A stretch of DNA of 64,000 nt, taken from the sequence record NC_005260.1; one strand, written 5' to 3'. The notes under the pieces are model-generated. The model saw nothing but the letters and a program-made list of their open reading frames with translations, made no database searches and had not been told where the DNA came from. Positions 26,507 through 35,817 of this stretch are shown in pieces. The stretch's first letter is position 1; each line of letters opens with the position of its first letter. A program made the position numbers and the translations under genes.

Positions 26507-27070
26507 TTAGCGGAGCTTGATTGTCTCAGCTTCGCCAGTTTCGAAAGCTTTGTTGGTCTCTTTGTCCAACACAATCTTACACAGAGAATCCACGTCTTTC
26601 TTCGGGAAGCCTGCCATGCGAGAGAAGAAGCCAGACATCACAAAGTTACGTTGGTTTTCATATCCAGCACAAACATCCAGCTTTTTATCTTGACTCAGCT
26701 TGAACTCGTTGCGACCAGCTTCCATTGCAACTTGCAGGCTCTTATACATGCTGGAATCAAATTGCAGATTGTTTTCAGTCATGAACTGAGTAACAGCTTT
26801 GGATCCGTCTTTACCGTAGCGACCTTGGAAAGTTGCGTCGATCACCTTTTTCAGATCAGCGGTATACATTTCCGGGATTTGAGCCATGTCACGAATCTTG
26901 AGTGTGTAGTTGCTCAGAGTATTCTGACTCGCTTTGTGGAACTTCTCGATATTGCTTTCAAACTGAGTGTTGGTGTTTGAGGTACTTACATACATACCCA
27001 CAAAGCCCATTACAGGAACAACAATCAGACCCAGCAGCAGAACAACAACAGCGATAACAGTTTTATTCAT
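26507..27070 (-). CDS. LemA-like membrane-anchored helical protein
   Basis: N-terminal TM, helical periplasmic domain ending in FFSRMAGFP. Confidence 0.55.
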   Translation of the reverse strand: MNKTVIAVVVLLLGLIVVPVMGFVGMYVSTSNTNTQFESNIEKFHKASQNTLSNYTLKIRDMAQIPEMYTADLKKVIDATFQGRYGKDGSKAVTQFMTENNLQFDSSMYKSLQVAMEAGRNEFKLSQDKKLDVCAGYENQRNFVMSGFFSRMAGFPKKDVDSLCKIVLDKETNKAFETGEAETIKLR

Positions 27071-27132
27071 TTTCATTTCCTTTAACATCATTGTGAGTAT
27101 AACTAAGAACCAACCGAGTTTATCAATCATTT

Positions 27133-28188
27133 TTAATCTCGGGAGAAGAAGTAACCAACAGCAATAGAAGAACCGATACCCATTATAAGCGCAAGCACGA
27201 TTACCCATGTGGGAGGCTCACTCTGATTTTTAAGATATTCGAACTGTTCCATCGGCAGTCGATTGTATTTGTTTGCGATAATATTAACTTGAGATTTCAG
27301 CAAGTCAAGCGTTATTTCTTTGTCCACGGATTCATTTCGCAATGTAACGTGCAATTCTTGATTGCCCATACCGTTGCCCAAGCTAGTGCTTTGAAACCAC
27401 GATACTTTATTGCCGTCTACGCCATAAATCATCAGAACATCGTTCTTCTTGCCACCGGACCAATTGTAAATCAGTGCGTCGGCATAGTCAATCGGATTTT
27501 TAGTCAATACCACGATAATATTGATCTGTTTCTCTTTGCCGAGCGATTTCAACACGGTTTCGAGGTACATATTCCATTCTCGGGTATCTGCACCACTGTA
27601 GTTCAGTACACGATTGACATTATAATAATCGAACACTTCCGGATATTTCGGGATGTCGTTCTTGTATTTCTCGATCAGTTTCGGGTCATGCGCAAACAGA
27701 GAATCTGGTGCCGCTTTGATATAGTTGGTATATCCATGCTCTTTGGCAGCAGGATCACCAATCTGAACTTTGGAGAAACGCGGAGGCTCAAGACTACCAC
27801 GGCGATCTATACGATCAATCTCAAAGTTACCAACGGTAGTATGAACATCCCAATCCCAGTCGTTCGAGTGCTCATAACAGGTATCACATACCCGGGAGGT
27901 TGAGCAAGAACGAGACTTACCGGACCCAGAACATGAACGAACTTGACGGCACCGACAGTCATAGCTATGTGAACAGCTAACATAAGTTTGTTCTTTTGAC
28001 GTCACGTAACCACTCAGAATTTCGGTATCGTACATCGCTTGATATGCACCAAGTCCATATACCATACCCGTTAATGCCACAGCTATGGCCGCGTTGGCAG
28101 CCATTTCACCATAGGTGTATGTGCGCTTAAACCAAAACTTGTATATGAACGGTATAAGCAGTGGTACGATCAAAATCATATAGAACAT
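27133..28188 (-). CDS. Membrane protein with Cys-rich segment
   Basis: 2 N-terminal TM + C-terminal TM; CSHSYDCRC...C...C...CDTC. Confidence 0.75.
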   Translation of the reverse strand: MFYMILIVPLLIPFIYKFWFKRTYTYGEMAANAAIAVALTGMVYGLGAYQAMYDTEILSGYVTSKEQTYVSCSHSYDCRCRQVRSCSGSGKSRSCSTSRVCDTCYEHSNDWDWDVHTTVGNFEIDRIDRRGSLEPPRFSKVQIGDPAAKEHGYTNYIKAAPDSLFAHDPKLIEKYKNDIPKYPEVFDYYNVNRVLNYSGADTREWNMYLETVLKSLGKEKQINIIVVLTKNPIDYADALIYNWSGGKKNDVLMIYGVDGNKVSWFQSTSLGNGMGNQELHVTLRNESVDKEITLDLLKSQVNIIANKYNRLPMEQFEYLKNQSEPPTWVIVLALIMGIGSSIAVGYFFSRD

Positions 28189-28198
28189 TATGTTATCC

Positions 28199-29242
28199 TC
28201 ATTTCACCAAGACATCTGCGATTTTGTTGATTCGATCACACATCATTGCGTGACCAAGCTCTTTACCCTTGAGATAGTAATTCATGGCACTCACGCTGTC
28301 AAATGCTTTTTCGGCAGCTTCGAACTTTTCTTTGCTGACTTCGTTTTCATCAACAAAGTAATTCTTGATCTCCTCGCGGAACTTGTTCCGTGTTGAGTTC
28401 AGAGCTGTATACAGTCTAACGTTCAACGCGCTATCTTGCAAGCTATTTCGAACGATATCCGCAAACTTTTTGAATTCACACGGCACTTTCACAATCGAAT
28501 AGAAATGATCGCGGGCTTTCGTGTCCATATGATTGATCATCGCCGCAAATTGTTCAACAGGCGAACTATTTTTGTGACCGTGATCCATCCACAGTGTATT
28601 GATTTTTACGTCATTAACGAAACGACCGCCGATGTCCAGTGCTTTAACAGCACCCGATAAAGTCAGATGCGCAAGAAAATCATCGAACTTTGTACCAAAC
28701 GACTTTTCAAATTCAAGCCAGATTCGCTCCGATGTCAGGTGATCCATTCGTCCATCTTTGATGCACCGAAGAATGCATTCCATTGTGAGTGTGGAAAGAC
28801 GGAAATCATAACGTGCCGCAAATCGACAAGCACGAAGAACACGCACCGGGTCCTCATGGAACGCTTGTGGATTGACTACGTTTACCACTCGTTCTTTGAT
28901 GTCTTGTTGTCCATTGTACGGATCAATCACAACACCATTCATACCAAGAGCCATTGCATTCATCGTGAAATCGCGACGTTTGAGATCTTGTTCGAGTGTT
29001 ACATTCGGGTTAAAGTCAGTAACGAAATCGTTATAGCCTTTACCAGTAGAACGTTCGGTACGAGCCAGCGCGTATTCTTGACCCAAATGGTCGAGATATA
29101 CTGGAAAATCGGCGCCGACTTGTTTGTAACCTTTTGCAATCATTTCGTCGTGAGTAGATCCCACGACAACGTAATCGCGATCTTTTGGCTCGCGGTTCAT
29201 TACCATGTCGCGAACTGCACCACCAACCAGATAGATATTCAT
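28199..29242 (-). CDS. cca: tRNA nucleotidyltransferase (CCA-adding enzyme-like)
   Basis: YLVGGAVRD, DRDYVV, EYALARTER, DLKRRDFTMNAMA, EDPVRVLRACRFAA, ERIW.E. Confidence 0.9.
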   Translation of the reverse strand: MNIYLVGGAVRDMVMNREPKDRDYVVVGSTHDEMIAKGYKQVGADFPVYLDHLGQEYALARTERSTGKGYNDFVTDFNPNVTLEQDLKRRDFTMNAMALGMNGVVIDPYNGQQDIKERVVNVVNPQAFHEDPVRVLRACRFAARYDFRLSTLTMECILRCIKDGRMDHLTSERIWLEFEKSFGTKFDDFLAHLTLSGAVKALDIGGRFVNDVKINTLWMDHGHKNSSPVEQFAAMINHMDTKARDHFYSIVKVPCEFKKFADIVRNSLQDSALNVRLYTALNSTRNKFREEIKNYFVDENEVSKEKFEAAEKAFDSVSAMNYYLKGKELGHAMMCDRINKIADVLVK

Positions 29243-29469
29243 TGTTGTATCCTCACTTGATAGAATTCAGTCAGGTAACGAGCCCAGTTATCATGAACTG
29301 ACAACGTAGGATTACCGTCAACAGGGATAGTTTGACACATGGTGATATAGTTGTCAAGCTTAGTAAACGTTTCTACCGCTAGTAATTTCACAGCTGGATC
29401 GTTTTTCGACATCGACTGGATGATGTCATAACGGAGTTTATACGCTTGATCATATGTAAAGTGAATCAT
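29239..29469 (-). CDS. Hypothetical protein
   Basis: Similar to adjacent ORF. Confidence 0.65.
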   Translation of the reverse strand: MIHFTYDQAYKLRYDIIQSMSKNDPAVKLLAVETFTKLDNYITMCQTIPVDGNPTLSVHDNWARYLTEFYQVRIQQ

Positions 29470-29720
29470 TACCAGCTTCCCGAAACTGACAGTAAACGGT
29501 TGATATGAACACCATAGCTATCTTCGAATTGAATGGTATCTCCATTTTCTTCTGCATCCAACATCGAAATGTTGTCGGTAAACTCTTTGAGCTTGATCGA
29601 CAAACGATCCATAGTTGCCATAGTCAGCCCGCCAACGAGCTTAACGCGATCATCACTTTCAAACATCTTATCGATAACGGACAAGAGTTTAACAGATGTT
29701 TTGTAAGTCATGTTAATCAT
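29469..29720 (-). CDS. Hypothetical protein
   Basis: Similar to adjacent ORF. Confidence 0.65.
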   Translation of the reverse strand: MINMTYKTSVKLLSVIDKMFESDDRVKLVGGLTMATMDRLSIKLKEFTDNISMLDAEENGDTIQFEDSYGVHINRLLSVSGSW

Positions 29721-29869
29721 GATTTTGCCTTATGTGATGCGTAAAAACAAGCCATGGATGTAACGAGTTCCGCGGCGATGATCCAATTCAACTCAAATCC
29801 GTTTTGTGAGAACGTCATACCGGCCAGCATACCCAACACGGTACCGAGTGTTTGTAACATTGATTTCAT
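29717..29869 (-). CDS. Small membrane protein, 50 aa (below ORF-track cutoff)
   Basis: MKSMLQTLGTVLGMLAGMTFSQNGFELNWIIAAELVTSMACFYASHKAKS; ATGA overlap. Confidence 0.6.
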   Translation of the reverse strand: MKSMLQTLGTVLGMLAGMTFSQNGFELNWIIAAELVTSMACFYASHKAKS

Positions 29870-29870
29870 A

Positions 29871-30149
29871 TCAATCCCTTTCGTGATTTTTAACATTTAC
29901 CATAGCGTGAACAATGAACGGCACATACATAGGTTTGATATCAAGGCGATTTTCAGTCTTGTTCATCAGAGTAGTACCGATAAGTTCGCACAGCGAAACA
30001 AATGGATCGATTTCATCGCGGACAAGATTTTTCAAGTGAAACAACTCATTTCGACTATTATTCCAATCAATTGTCCCGCTTTCTACTAGCACAGATGCCC
30101 GTTTGATGTAGAATCGGATTTCTCCCGCTGATTTGAGATCAATAATCAT
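29871..30149 (-). CDS. Hypothetical protein
   Basis: ORF in operon. Confidence 0.6.
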   Translation of the reverse strand: MIIDLKSAGEIRFYIKRASVLVESGTIDWNNSRNELFHLKNLVRDEIDPFVSLCELIGTTLMNKTENRLDIKPMYVPFIVHAMVNVKNHERD

Positions 30150-30375
30150 GAAGAAGCGCTCCTATGATATCGAATTCATCAAACGAAACCGGAAAGGTAC
30201 TTTGTTCGTCCTGGACCGTTTCGCACACTTTGATAAACAGTTGCATCTTAGGACGCATACGATTCAAAACTATTCGATCTTTATTGTCAATCAATTTCCA
30301 CCGTTCGGTAGTAAGGATATTCATTTTGTGAAGAATAGACTCAATTGCCCAGTGAGATAGTTGGATGTAGTGCAT
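30139..30375 (-). CDS. Hypothetical protein
   Basis: ORF in operon. Confidence 0.6.
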   Translation of the reverse strand: MHYIQLSHWAIESILHKMNILTTERWKLIDNKDRIVLNRMRPKMQLFIKVCETVQDEQSTFPVSFDEFDIIGALLHDY

Positions 30376-30632
30376 TATGCTGCCTTTTTGTTTTGACGAC
30401 GAGTTACGGTGCTCGGCTTGGTACCAACAAACATCATTTTCTTGGTACCGCGCTTGATACCAGCGAACTTGACTTCCAGATCAGCGGCGATTTGAGCTTT
30501 AACAGCTTCGCGGCCTTGTTCTACCCAGCGACCGACAGTGCGCGGAGAAACTTCCAGTTCACGGGCAACTTGGGCCTTGGTGACGTTTTTACGAACTACA
30601 GAAACATAAGCTTGGATTTGAACGTTTTTCAT
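30375..30632 (-). CDS. Helix-turn-helix DNA-binding protein
   Basis: TKAQVARELEVSPRTVGRWV. Confidence 0.75.
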   Translation of the reverse strand: MKNVQIQAYVSVVRKNVTKAQVARELEVSPRTVGRWVEQGREAVKAQIAADLEVKFAGIKRGTKKMMFVGTKPSTVTRRQNKKAA

Positions 30633-30722
30633 GATGTATTCCTCAGAGTTTTGTTGTGAATCGCGTCTCGCGTTTCGATGTAGCTATAATAACAGGACTG
30701 AATTACCGTGCAAGCACTTTTT
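30630..30722 (-). promoter_or_regulatory. Early promoter cassette
   Basis: TTGCAC-16-TATTAT, leader CATCGAAACG...CTGAGGAATACATCATG. Confidence 0.85.
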
Positions 30723-30729
30723 AAATTTT

Positions 30730-30996
30730 TTACCAAGAAATTTTCAGATAGTCTCCGGTAGTAGATCGATGATCAGTTTCAACTACAAATTCCACTTCGT
30801 ATCCGTGTTTGGTAATCTCGTTGATTACTTCGGAACGAATGTCGGAAGCCACATCATATACATAAGTAACGCGCTTTCCCTGTACCGATGCCGACTCGAT
30901 TCGCTTGCTTATGTTGTTGATAAGATCGTTCATTCTGAGAGCGCGATCAAACTTTAGATTTTCTCTTGCTTTAGATGCTGGAATCATTTTTACCAC
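30730..30996 (-). CDS. Hypothetical protein (paralog of neighbour)
   Basis: MIPASKAR...GYEV...LKISW. Confidence 0.7.
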   Translation of the reverse strand: MVKMIPASKARENLKFDRALRMNDLINNISKRIESASVQGKRVTYVYDVASDIRSEVINEITKHGYEVEFVVETDHRSTTGDYLKISW

Positions 30997-31265
30997 TCAA
31001 TTTTCAGTTGCATTAGATTGCCGTCTCGTGGATCATTTGAACGTTCTACATCGACATTATATCCAACCCGTGATAATTCTTCCGAGATCAGACTTGCGAT
31101 TGTTTCGCCATTAACCCAATAAGAAATGGATGTTTCGCCACATACTGAACGAATTGCCGTTCGAATTTGCTTATCGATTTTTGAAATATGTTCCGATACG
31201 ACCGTATCGGAGTTTTGAAACTGTTCTTTTCTTGCATCAGCGGCACAAATCATAATTTTCTCCAA
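30990..31265 (-). CDS. Hypothetical protein (paralog of neighbour)
   Basis: MICAADAR...GYNV...LKIEW. Confidence 0.7.
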   Translation of the reverse strand: MEKIMICAADARKEQFQNSDTVVSEHISKIDKQIRTAIRSVCGETSISYWVNGETIASLISEELSRVGYNVDVERSNDPRDGNLMQLKIEW

Positions 31266-31291
31266 ATAGAGGGCCGAAGCCCTCAGTTAGT

Positions 31292-31621
31292 TTAGCCTAC
31301 ACGGATGATGTCGATACGCAGGATACCATCACAAACATCAGCACAAACACGGATGTCATTCTTACCAACTCGCAGAGTCATACCAGCTTGTTGACCTTCT
31401 ACCATGTCGTTGAACTTGATTTCTTCGTTGTTCAGACACAGATTAGCTTTTTCAGAGAAAGCGAACTCGCCTTTCTTGAGAGCTTTCTTTACCAGAGTCT
31501 TGACAGAAGCACAACCTTTGCCGGTGCGGATTGCAGTCTCGCGGCCGTTGTGTTCAAAACGTTCACAAGCACTCATTCCGAAGTAAGTCAGTTTGTAACC
31601 GGTTGGGCCGTACATGTTCAT
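31292..31621 (-). CDS. Hypothetical protein
   Basis: Start re-called at 31621 behind the cassette. Confidence 0.7.
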   Translation of the reverse strand: MNMYGPTGYKLTYFGMSACERFEHNGRETAIRTGKGCASVKTLVKKALKKGEFAFSEKANLCLNNEEIKFNDMVEGQQAGMTLRVGKNDIRVCADVCDGILRIDIIRVG

Positions 31622-31718
31622 GATGTTTTCCTCAGTGTTTCGTTTCGATGTGGTCATAATAACAGAACTGGATTATCGTACAAGCTTTTTCTAAAAAAAA
31701 TCCACCCGAAGGTGGATT
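31619..31718 (-). promoter_or_regulatory. Terminator + early promoter + RBS cassette
   Basis: AATCCACC-TTCG-GGTGGATTTTTT, TTGTAC-16-TATTAT, leader CATCGAAACGAAACACTGAGGAAAACATCATG. Confidence 0.85.
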
Positions 31719-31722
31719 CTTA

Positions 31723-31956
31723 TTAGTAGTGACCAAGCTCATTAGCTCTTGCTTTGATTTGTTCGTCGGTAAGAGCTTGTCGATTTTTGATGGTTTCGTC
31801 ATATTCGAACACACCATCGGGAGAAATCAACACGTAATCGCTCGTTCCCGTCTCCGGATTTCGGGTCATTGCTAACCCGAGTGGATGTAAAACTTGGTCA
31901 TTGATACGCTTGATAAGTCCCAGAGAGGACATATCGTTCCAATCTATCTTTTTCAT
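31723..31956 (-). CDS. Hypothetical protein
   Basis: IDWNDMSSLGLIKRINDQVLHPLGLAM, a conserved-looking phage ORF. Confidence 0.75.
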   Translation of the reverse strand: MKKIDWNDMSSLGLIKRINDQVLHPLGLAMTRNPETGTSDYVLISPDGVFEYDETIKNRQALTDEQIKARANELGHY

Positions 31957-33125
31957 TAGTAGCCTTTCGGGATGAAAGTCTTCGGATACTTCTTGATCAC
32001 TGCCACGATTTCGTCTGTCATGCTGAAATCAGGACGTTGTGCGAACATCTGCATGGCGATGTTAAACCAATGACGCTCGTTTTTGAAATCGTTGTTCATG
32101 TTGATCGCGTAATCACGACGCTCCATGCCACGATACTTTTCATAAGCTTCGGTGAGCTTCTTCATTGCATCCATAACAACGTCACGGAAGTGATTATCGA
32201 AGATCTCGATCTTTTGCAGGCTGTTTTCATCGTCACGGAACATCTGACGCAGATCGTCAGTGCAGTTTTCGGCACATGCGTAGATCAGTCGCTCGCTGTT
32301 GTTGATACTGTCTTTGGTGTGATGCAGCGCAACATACCAGTCGGTTTTCAGCTTGAACATTTGATAATCTTCCATGACTACCACGAAGCCTTCGATGCCA
32401 GTCATTTGATAGACTTCATCGATCCAAGCTTTGCCGTCGCCAGGAACTTCAAAGAAGTCAGCAGCGTATTTGACGAAAGTCGGATCTTTTTGCAGTTCGC
32501 CGAAATCAACGTATTCGCCGGTTTCGTTATGACGGATGTTCAGAATACGGAGCTGGTGTTCATTGTAGCACAGAACGATTTGATTGTGAGGAGCAGTCCA
32601 CTCCATATTCACAGTAAAACCGTTTTCTGCATATGCGGTACAGAACTCAAGCAGATCCTTATGATCTTCTTGATACAGCCAAACACTGGCATCATTCGCT
32701 TGATTGCTACGAATGGACGCTTTGGATTTCAGAAGCAGATTCTTGATCTCGCCGCTGATATCGAGATAGGTAGAGATCAGGGAGCCGTCGCGCTTGTCGA
32801 TAACATAAGCGATCTTGTTCAGATCTGGCATTTTCATGTTACCAGCAGTTTCGAGTTTTTCCCAGCCGATAACTTCGCTGTAGTTGAAGAACTTGTCCAT
32901 CGGACGGCTCATGATACGCACCGGGATTTCACCGTTCATTTCGAACATGATACCACGAGAAGCCATAGCGTCTGGACGAATCCAATCATTATAACCGGCA
33001 ACGTGATAATCAAAGATGCGAACTTTGGTACCCAGACTGGTAACCGTTTCAGCGAAATAAAACTTGGTGTTGTCGTCAACACACAGGTTAATAAGATTTT
33101 GGTACAGCTCTTTGATACTTTGCAT
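31956..33125 (-). CDS. rnlA: RNA ligase 1
   Basis: SRGIMFE, SRPMDKFFN, KRDGSLI motif I, EGFV, FKLKTDWY. Confidence 0.95.
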   Translation of the reverse strand: MQSIKELYQNLINLCVDDNTKFYFAETVTSLGTKVRIFDYHVAGYNDWIRPDAMASRGIMFEMNGEIPVRIMSRPMDKFFNYSEVIGWEKLETAGNMKMPDLNKIAYVIDKRDGSLISTYLDISGEIKNLLLKSKASIRSNQANDASVWLYQEDHKDLLEFCTAYAENGFTVNMEWTAPHNQIVLCYNEHQLRILNIRHNETGEYVDFGELQKDPTFVKYAADFFEVPGDGKAWIDEVYQMTGIEGFVVVMEDYQMFKLKTDWYVALHHTKDSINNSERLIYACAENCTDDLRQMFRDDENSLQKIEIFDNHFRDVVMDAMKKLTEAYEKYRGMERRDYAINMNNDFKNERHWFNIAMQMFAQRPDFSMTDEIVAVIKKYPKTFIPKGY

Positions 33126-33525
33126 AATGTTTATTCCATTCAGGGTTAAAGTGTTTGATTACTTTGGGTTCTTCCAAGTGCATGGATGTTACTGTTATCG
33201 CTTTAGAATTGCTACCGATAAAAAACGTCGGGCATTCTTTAACATACAATTCAACGCCGGTTTTGGCAATCGTCTTTTCGAGTAAATCCGTTTTGATTTG
33301 ATTCGACACAAACGCATTCTTCCAATTTTTGGAATTTCGGTATGTATCGAATCTCTTCCAAAGATCATTCGTCTTGCCGATGTAATGAACAACACCGTTA
33401 ACAACGAAAGCATACAGGACAAACGTCATCTGTTTAGGCTTAACGAATGATCTATCAATCTTCCCCTCTTTGTCAAGAGAAAGATCGCACATCTTTTTGA
33501 ACCCGAACTTGGTAAGATCGCTCAT
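33088..33525 (-). CDS. denA: Endonuclease II (GIY-YIG)
   Basis: VLYAFVVNGVVHYIGKTNDLWKRFDTYR...EEP..I..FNPEWN; directly upstream of rnlA as in T4. Confidence 0.88.
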   Translation of the reverse strand: MSDLTKFGFKKMCDLSLDKEGKIDRSFVKPKQMTFVLYAFVVNGVVHYIGKTNDLWKRFDTYRNSKNWKNAFVSNQIKTDLLEKTIAKTGVELYVKECPTFFIGSNSKAITVTSMHLEEPKVIKHFNPEWNKHYAKYQRAVPKSY

Positions 33526-33806
33526 ATATCCAGCTCGGTATGAGTCCCAGCTAACTTGTTGACTAACACGGCAATGATATCACCGTGACACGGCAGAGGC
33601 GAGCAGGTACATCCTAAACGCTTTCCGTGCAGACTCAGTAACATTTCTCTAGTTATATTACCACGTCTGATCTCGTCTTTCAAGTGATTTTTGAAACGTT
33701 CGATGTTTTCTGTTCGAGTTCCGTCTTTGTGAGGATTTCCCCAGATCGTTCCTCGTTGAATGTCAACATCGAACTCCGTTTTATACTTGTTTACCACATA
33801 GCACAT
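33522..33806 (-). CDS. DUF4326 (YAcAr-like) protein
   Basis: RGTIWGNP...LHGKRLGCTCSPLPCHGD. Confidence 0.8.
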   Translation of the reverse strand: MCYVVNKYKTEFDVDIQRGTIWGNPHKDGTRTENIERFKNHLKDEIRRGNITREMLLSLHGKRLGCTCSPLPCHGDIIAVLVNKLAGTHTELDI

Positions 33807-34284
33807 AAATTGCTTTCTCCGTTAAGTTCTCAGTTAGACCATATCGCTTTGGACAAACGTGCCTATCTGCTAACTCTTCGTATTCAGAAAACATTGGAAT
33901 GTCGTCAAGAATAACGAAATCCGTAATGCTATGCTGTTTGATGTGTCGGATCACCGATTCAACTCGATGATATCCGCCACCTGTGTAATCTATCAGGTCA
34001 ACGATTTCGATGTCAAGAAAATCGGCAATCTTTTTCGTTCTTTTGTCATCGCCGACTTTAAACCAAGAGCTGATACCAACAACTTTCGCGTTAGTCTCGC
34101 GAATGATCCGATGTAGACGATTGAGCATTGGAACATAAATCCAATCCATCTTGCCATATAATCGGAACACTCTTGCGTCATTCTCTTTTTTGACAAGCGT
34201 ATCAAGTTCGGAATACGAATTCAATACGCCGTCGATGTCAAGATAGATTACACTGCCATAGGTGCTTTGATAGCTGAGTGGCAC
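33781..34284 (-). CDS. HAD phosphatase, 'Swiss Army Knife RNA repair'-like
   Basis: YLDIDGVLN, ISSW, FVILDD, GLTE. Confidence 0.75.
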   Translation of the reverse strand: MPLSYQSTYGSVIYLDIDGVLNSYSELDTLVKKENDARVFRLYGKMDWIYVPMLNRLHRIIRETNAKVVGISSWFKVGDDKRTKKIADFLDIEIVDLIDYTGGGYHRVESVIRHIKQHSITDFVILDDIPMFSEYEELADRHVCPKRYGLTENLTEKAIYVLCGKQV

Positions 34285-35081
34285 TTGTAATCCTCTAGTT
34301 CAATATCATCTACAGACAGATTACACGCTTCTTCCAGGGTTGTAAAGCGGTTTTTAAACTTCAATGTCGGAAGCTTGTGTGGTTCACGCTGTAATTGCTC
34401 TTGAACTTGTTCAAAGTGATTGTGATAGATATGTGTATCATCGAGCATACCGGTAAGAATGCCAGCTTTGTATCCGGTGATCTGGGCTACGATTTCAAGC
34501 AGCAGGCCATAACTAGCGATGTTAAACGGCAGACCCAAGAAAGTATCCACAGAACGCTGATACCAAGTCAGATTCAACCGGCCGCGCTTAACGCTGAAAC
34601 GGAACAGAACGTGACAAGGAGGCAGAGCCATTTTGTCAAGATCAACCGGATTCCAAGCACAAACGATATTACGACGACATTCTGGATTAGTCTTGATTCG
34701 TTCGATAGCTTTAGCAAGTTGATCAACGCCGTTAAAGTCGCGCCATTGCTTGCCATAAACAGGACCAAGCTCACCATCGGTGTAACCCAGTGCTACCCCT
34801 TGATGATTGAAATTATCGTCCCAAATCGTTTTGGAAGACGATCCAACGCCATATGTCATCGCTCGAAGAACTTCAACGTTTGTAAAACCGTTCATAAACC
34901 ACAGACACTCACCGCGAACAGCTTTCCACGCTAACGTCTTTGTGGTAACAGCGGGGAAACCGTCTGCCATATCGTGTCGAAACACTTGACCAAGAACAGA
35001 ACGGGTACCCACACCCGTCCGATCCATTTCATCTTCGCCGTTCTCGAAAGTATAATTGATGATATCTAGATAAGCTTTCAT
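34248..35081 (-). CDS. td: Thymidylate synthase (uninterrupted)
   Basis: DRTGVGT, LGPVYGKQWR, ALPPCH, QRSVDTFLGLPFNIASY, HIYHNH. Confidence 0.97.
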   Translation of the reverse strand: MKAYLDIINYTFENGEDEMDRTGVGTRSVLGQVFRHDMADGFPAVTTKTLAWKAVRGECLWFMNGFTNVEVLRAMTYGVGSSSKTIWDDNFNHQGVALGYTDGELGPVYGKQWRDFNGVDQLAKAIERIKTNPECRRNIVCAWNPVDLDKMALPPCHVLFRFSVKRGRLNLTWYQRSVDTFLGLPFNIASYGLLLEIVAQITGYKAGILTGMLDDTHIYHNHFEQVQEQLQREPHKLPTLKFKNRFTTLEEACNLSVDDIELEDYKCHSAIKAPMAV

Positions 35082-35377
35082 AGCAGCAGAATACCACCCT
35101 CGGAGCGAGTTGACCCCATTTCACCAGCTCCCTTGATTACATCGAGTTGCTTACGCAGTTCGATCAATCCCTCTTGGAGTTCGCCGATGCATTTCTCATG
35201 CAGTTTAAAGACTTCGCCGGCTTCAATGAGGCGCTGATTTTGAGTCTTGATCACTTCGCTTTGATTTTCGATCTTGTCTGTCATTGTTTCCAGAAGATAG
35301 AAAAACAGAGTATTCGTTTCGTCCTGGGTCATTTGCTCAGGATCTTTTTCCAGTAAAGTTTGAATGCTTAAATCCAC
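35078..35377 (-). CDS. Hypothetical coiled-coil protein
   Basis: ORF coupled to td. Confidence 0.65.
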   Translation of the reverse strand: MDLSIQTLLEKDPEQMTQDETNTLFFYLLETMTDKIENQSEVIKTQNQRLIEAGEVFKLHEKCIGELQEGLIELRKQLDVIKGAGEMGSTRSEGGILLL

Positions 35378-35817
35378 TCAGATTCGTCCTCGATAATTTC
35401 AGCCATAACATAACGGCCGTACTTTTCTAAAATAAATTTCACTTCGACTACCATTTCGGAATAATCAACGATAGGAATAGTCTTGTTTGCAATGCCGCGA
35501 ATCAGCTTGTTGAAACTGTTCGTGCTGATTGCAATCTTGCGATATCGGCCGCCGTGCAGAACTTCGGCATCAATGAAATACGCAGTACCCGAATGCGAAC
35601 GGATATCACCGATTTTCATGTTCGCTTTGTACACGAAATGAGCATTCTTTGTGCCTGGAATTTCAGATGCACCGTGAAAATAATTACTGTATTCGCCTGT
35701 CTGCGGAATACCGTCATAAACACTCAGGCTCCATTTACGTTTCTTAGCGTCCTTACGAACGCCAAGAACTTCAATCACGGGTGCAATCTTATCAGTTTCA
35801 TCTACGCTAATAAACAT
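35368..35817 (-). CDS. Hypothetical protein (paralog of neighbour)
   Basis: IEVLGVR...FILEKYG..V.AE. Confidence 0.7.
   Translation of the reverse strand: MFISVDETDKIAPVIEVLGVRKDAKKRKWSLSVYDGIPQTGEYSNYFHGASEIPGTKNAHFVYKANMKIGDIRSHSGTAYFIDAEVLHGGRYRKIAISTNSFNKLIRGIANKTIPIVDYSEMVVEVKFILEKYGRYVMAEIIEDESEWI

Noticed and set aside
32037-33149. 370-aa plus-strand ORF antisense to rnlA (similar long shadows at 23649-24707, 15639-16532 and 62591-63439)
   Set aside because: Exactly opposite well-supported genes with strong codon bias, which suppresses antisense stops; no RBS or recognisable domains.
34248-35081. Group I intron or homing endonuclease in td
   Set aside because: td is contiguous and full length (277 aa). 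The only GIY-YIG protein in the window is the short DenA in its usual position.
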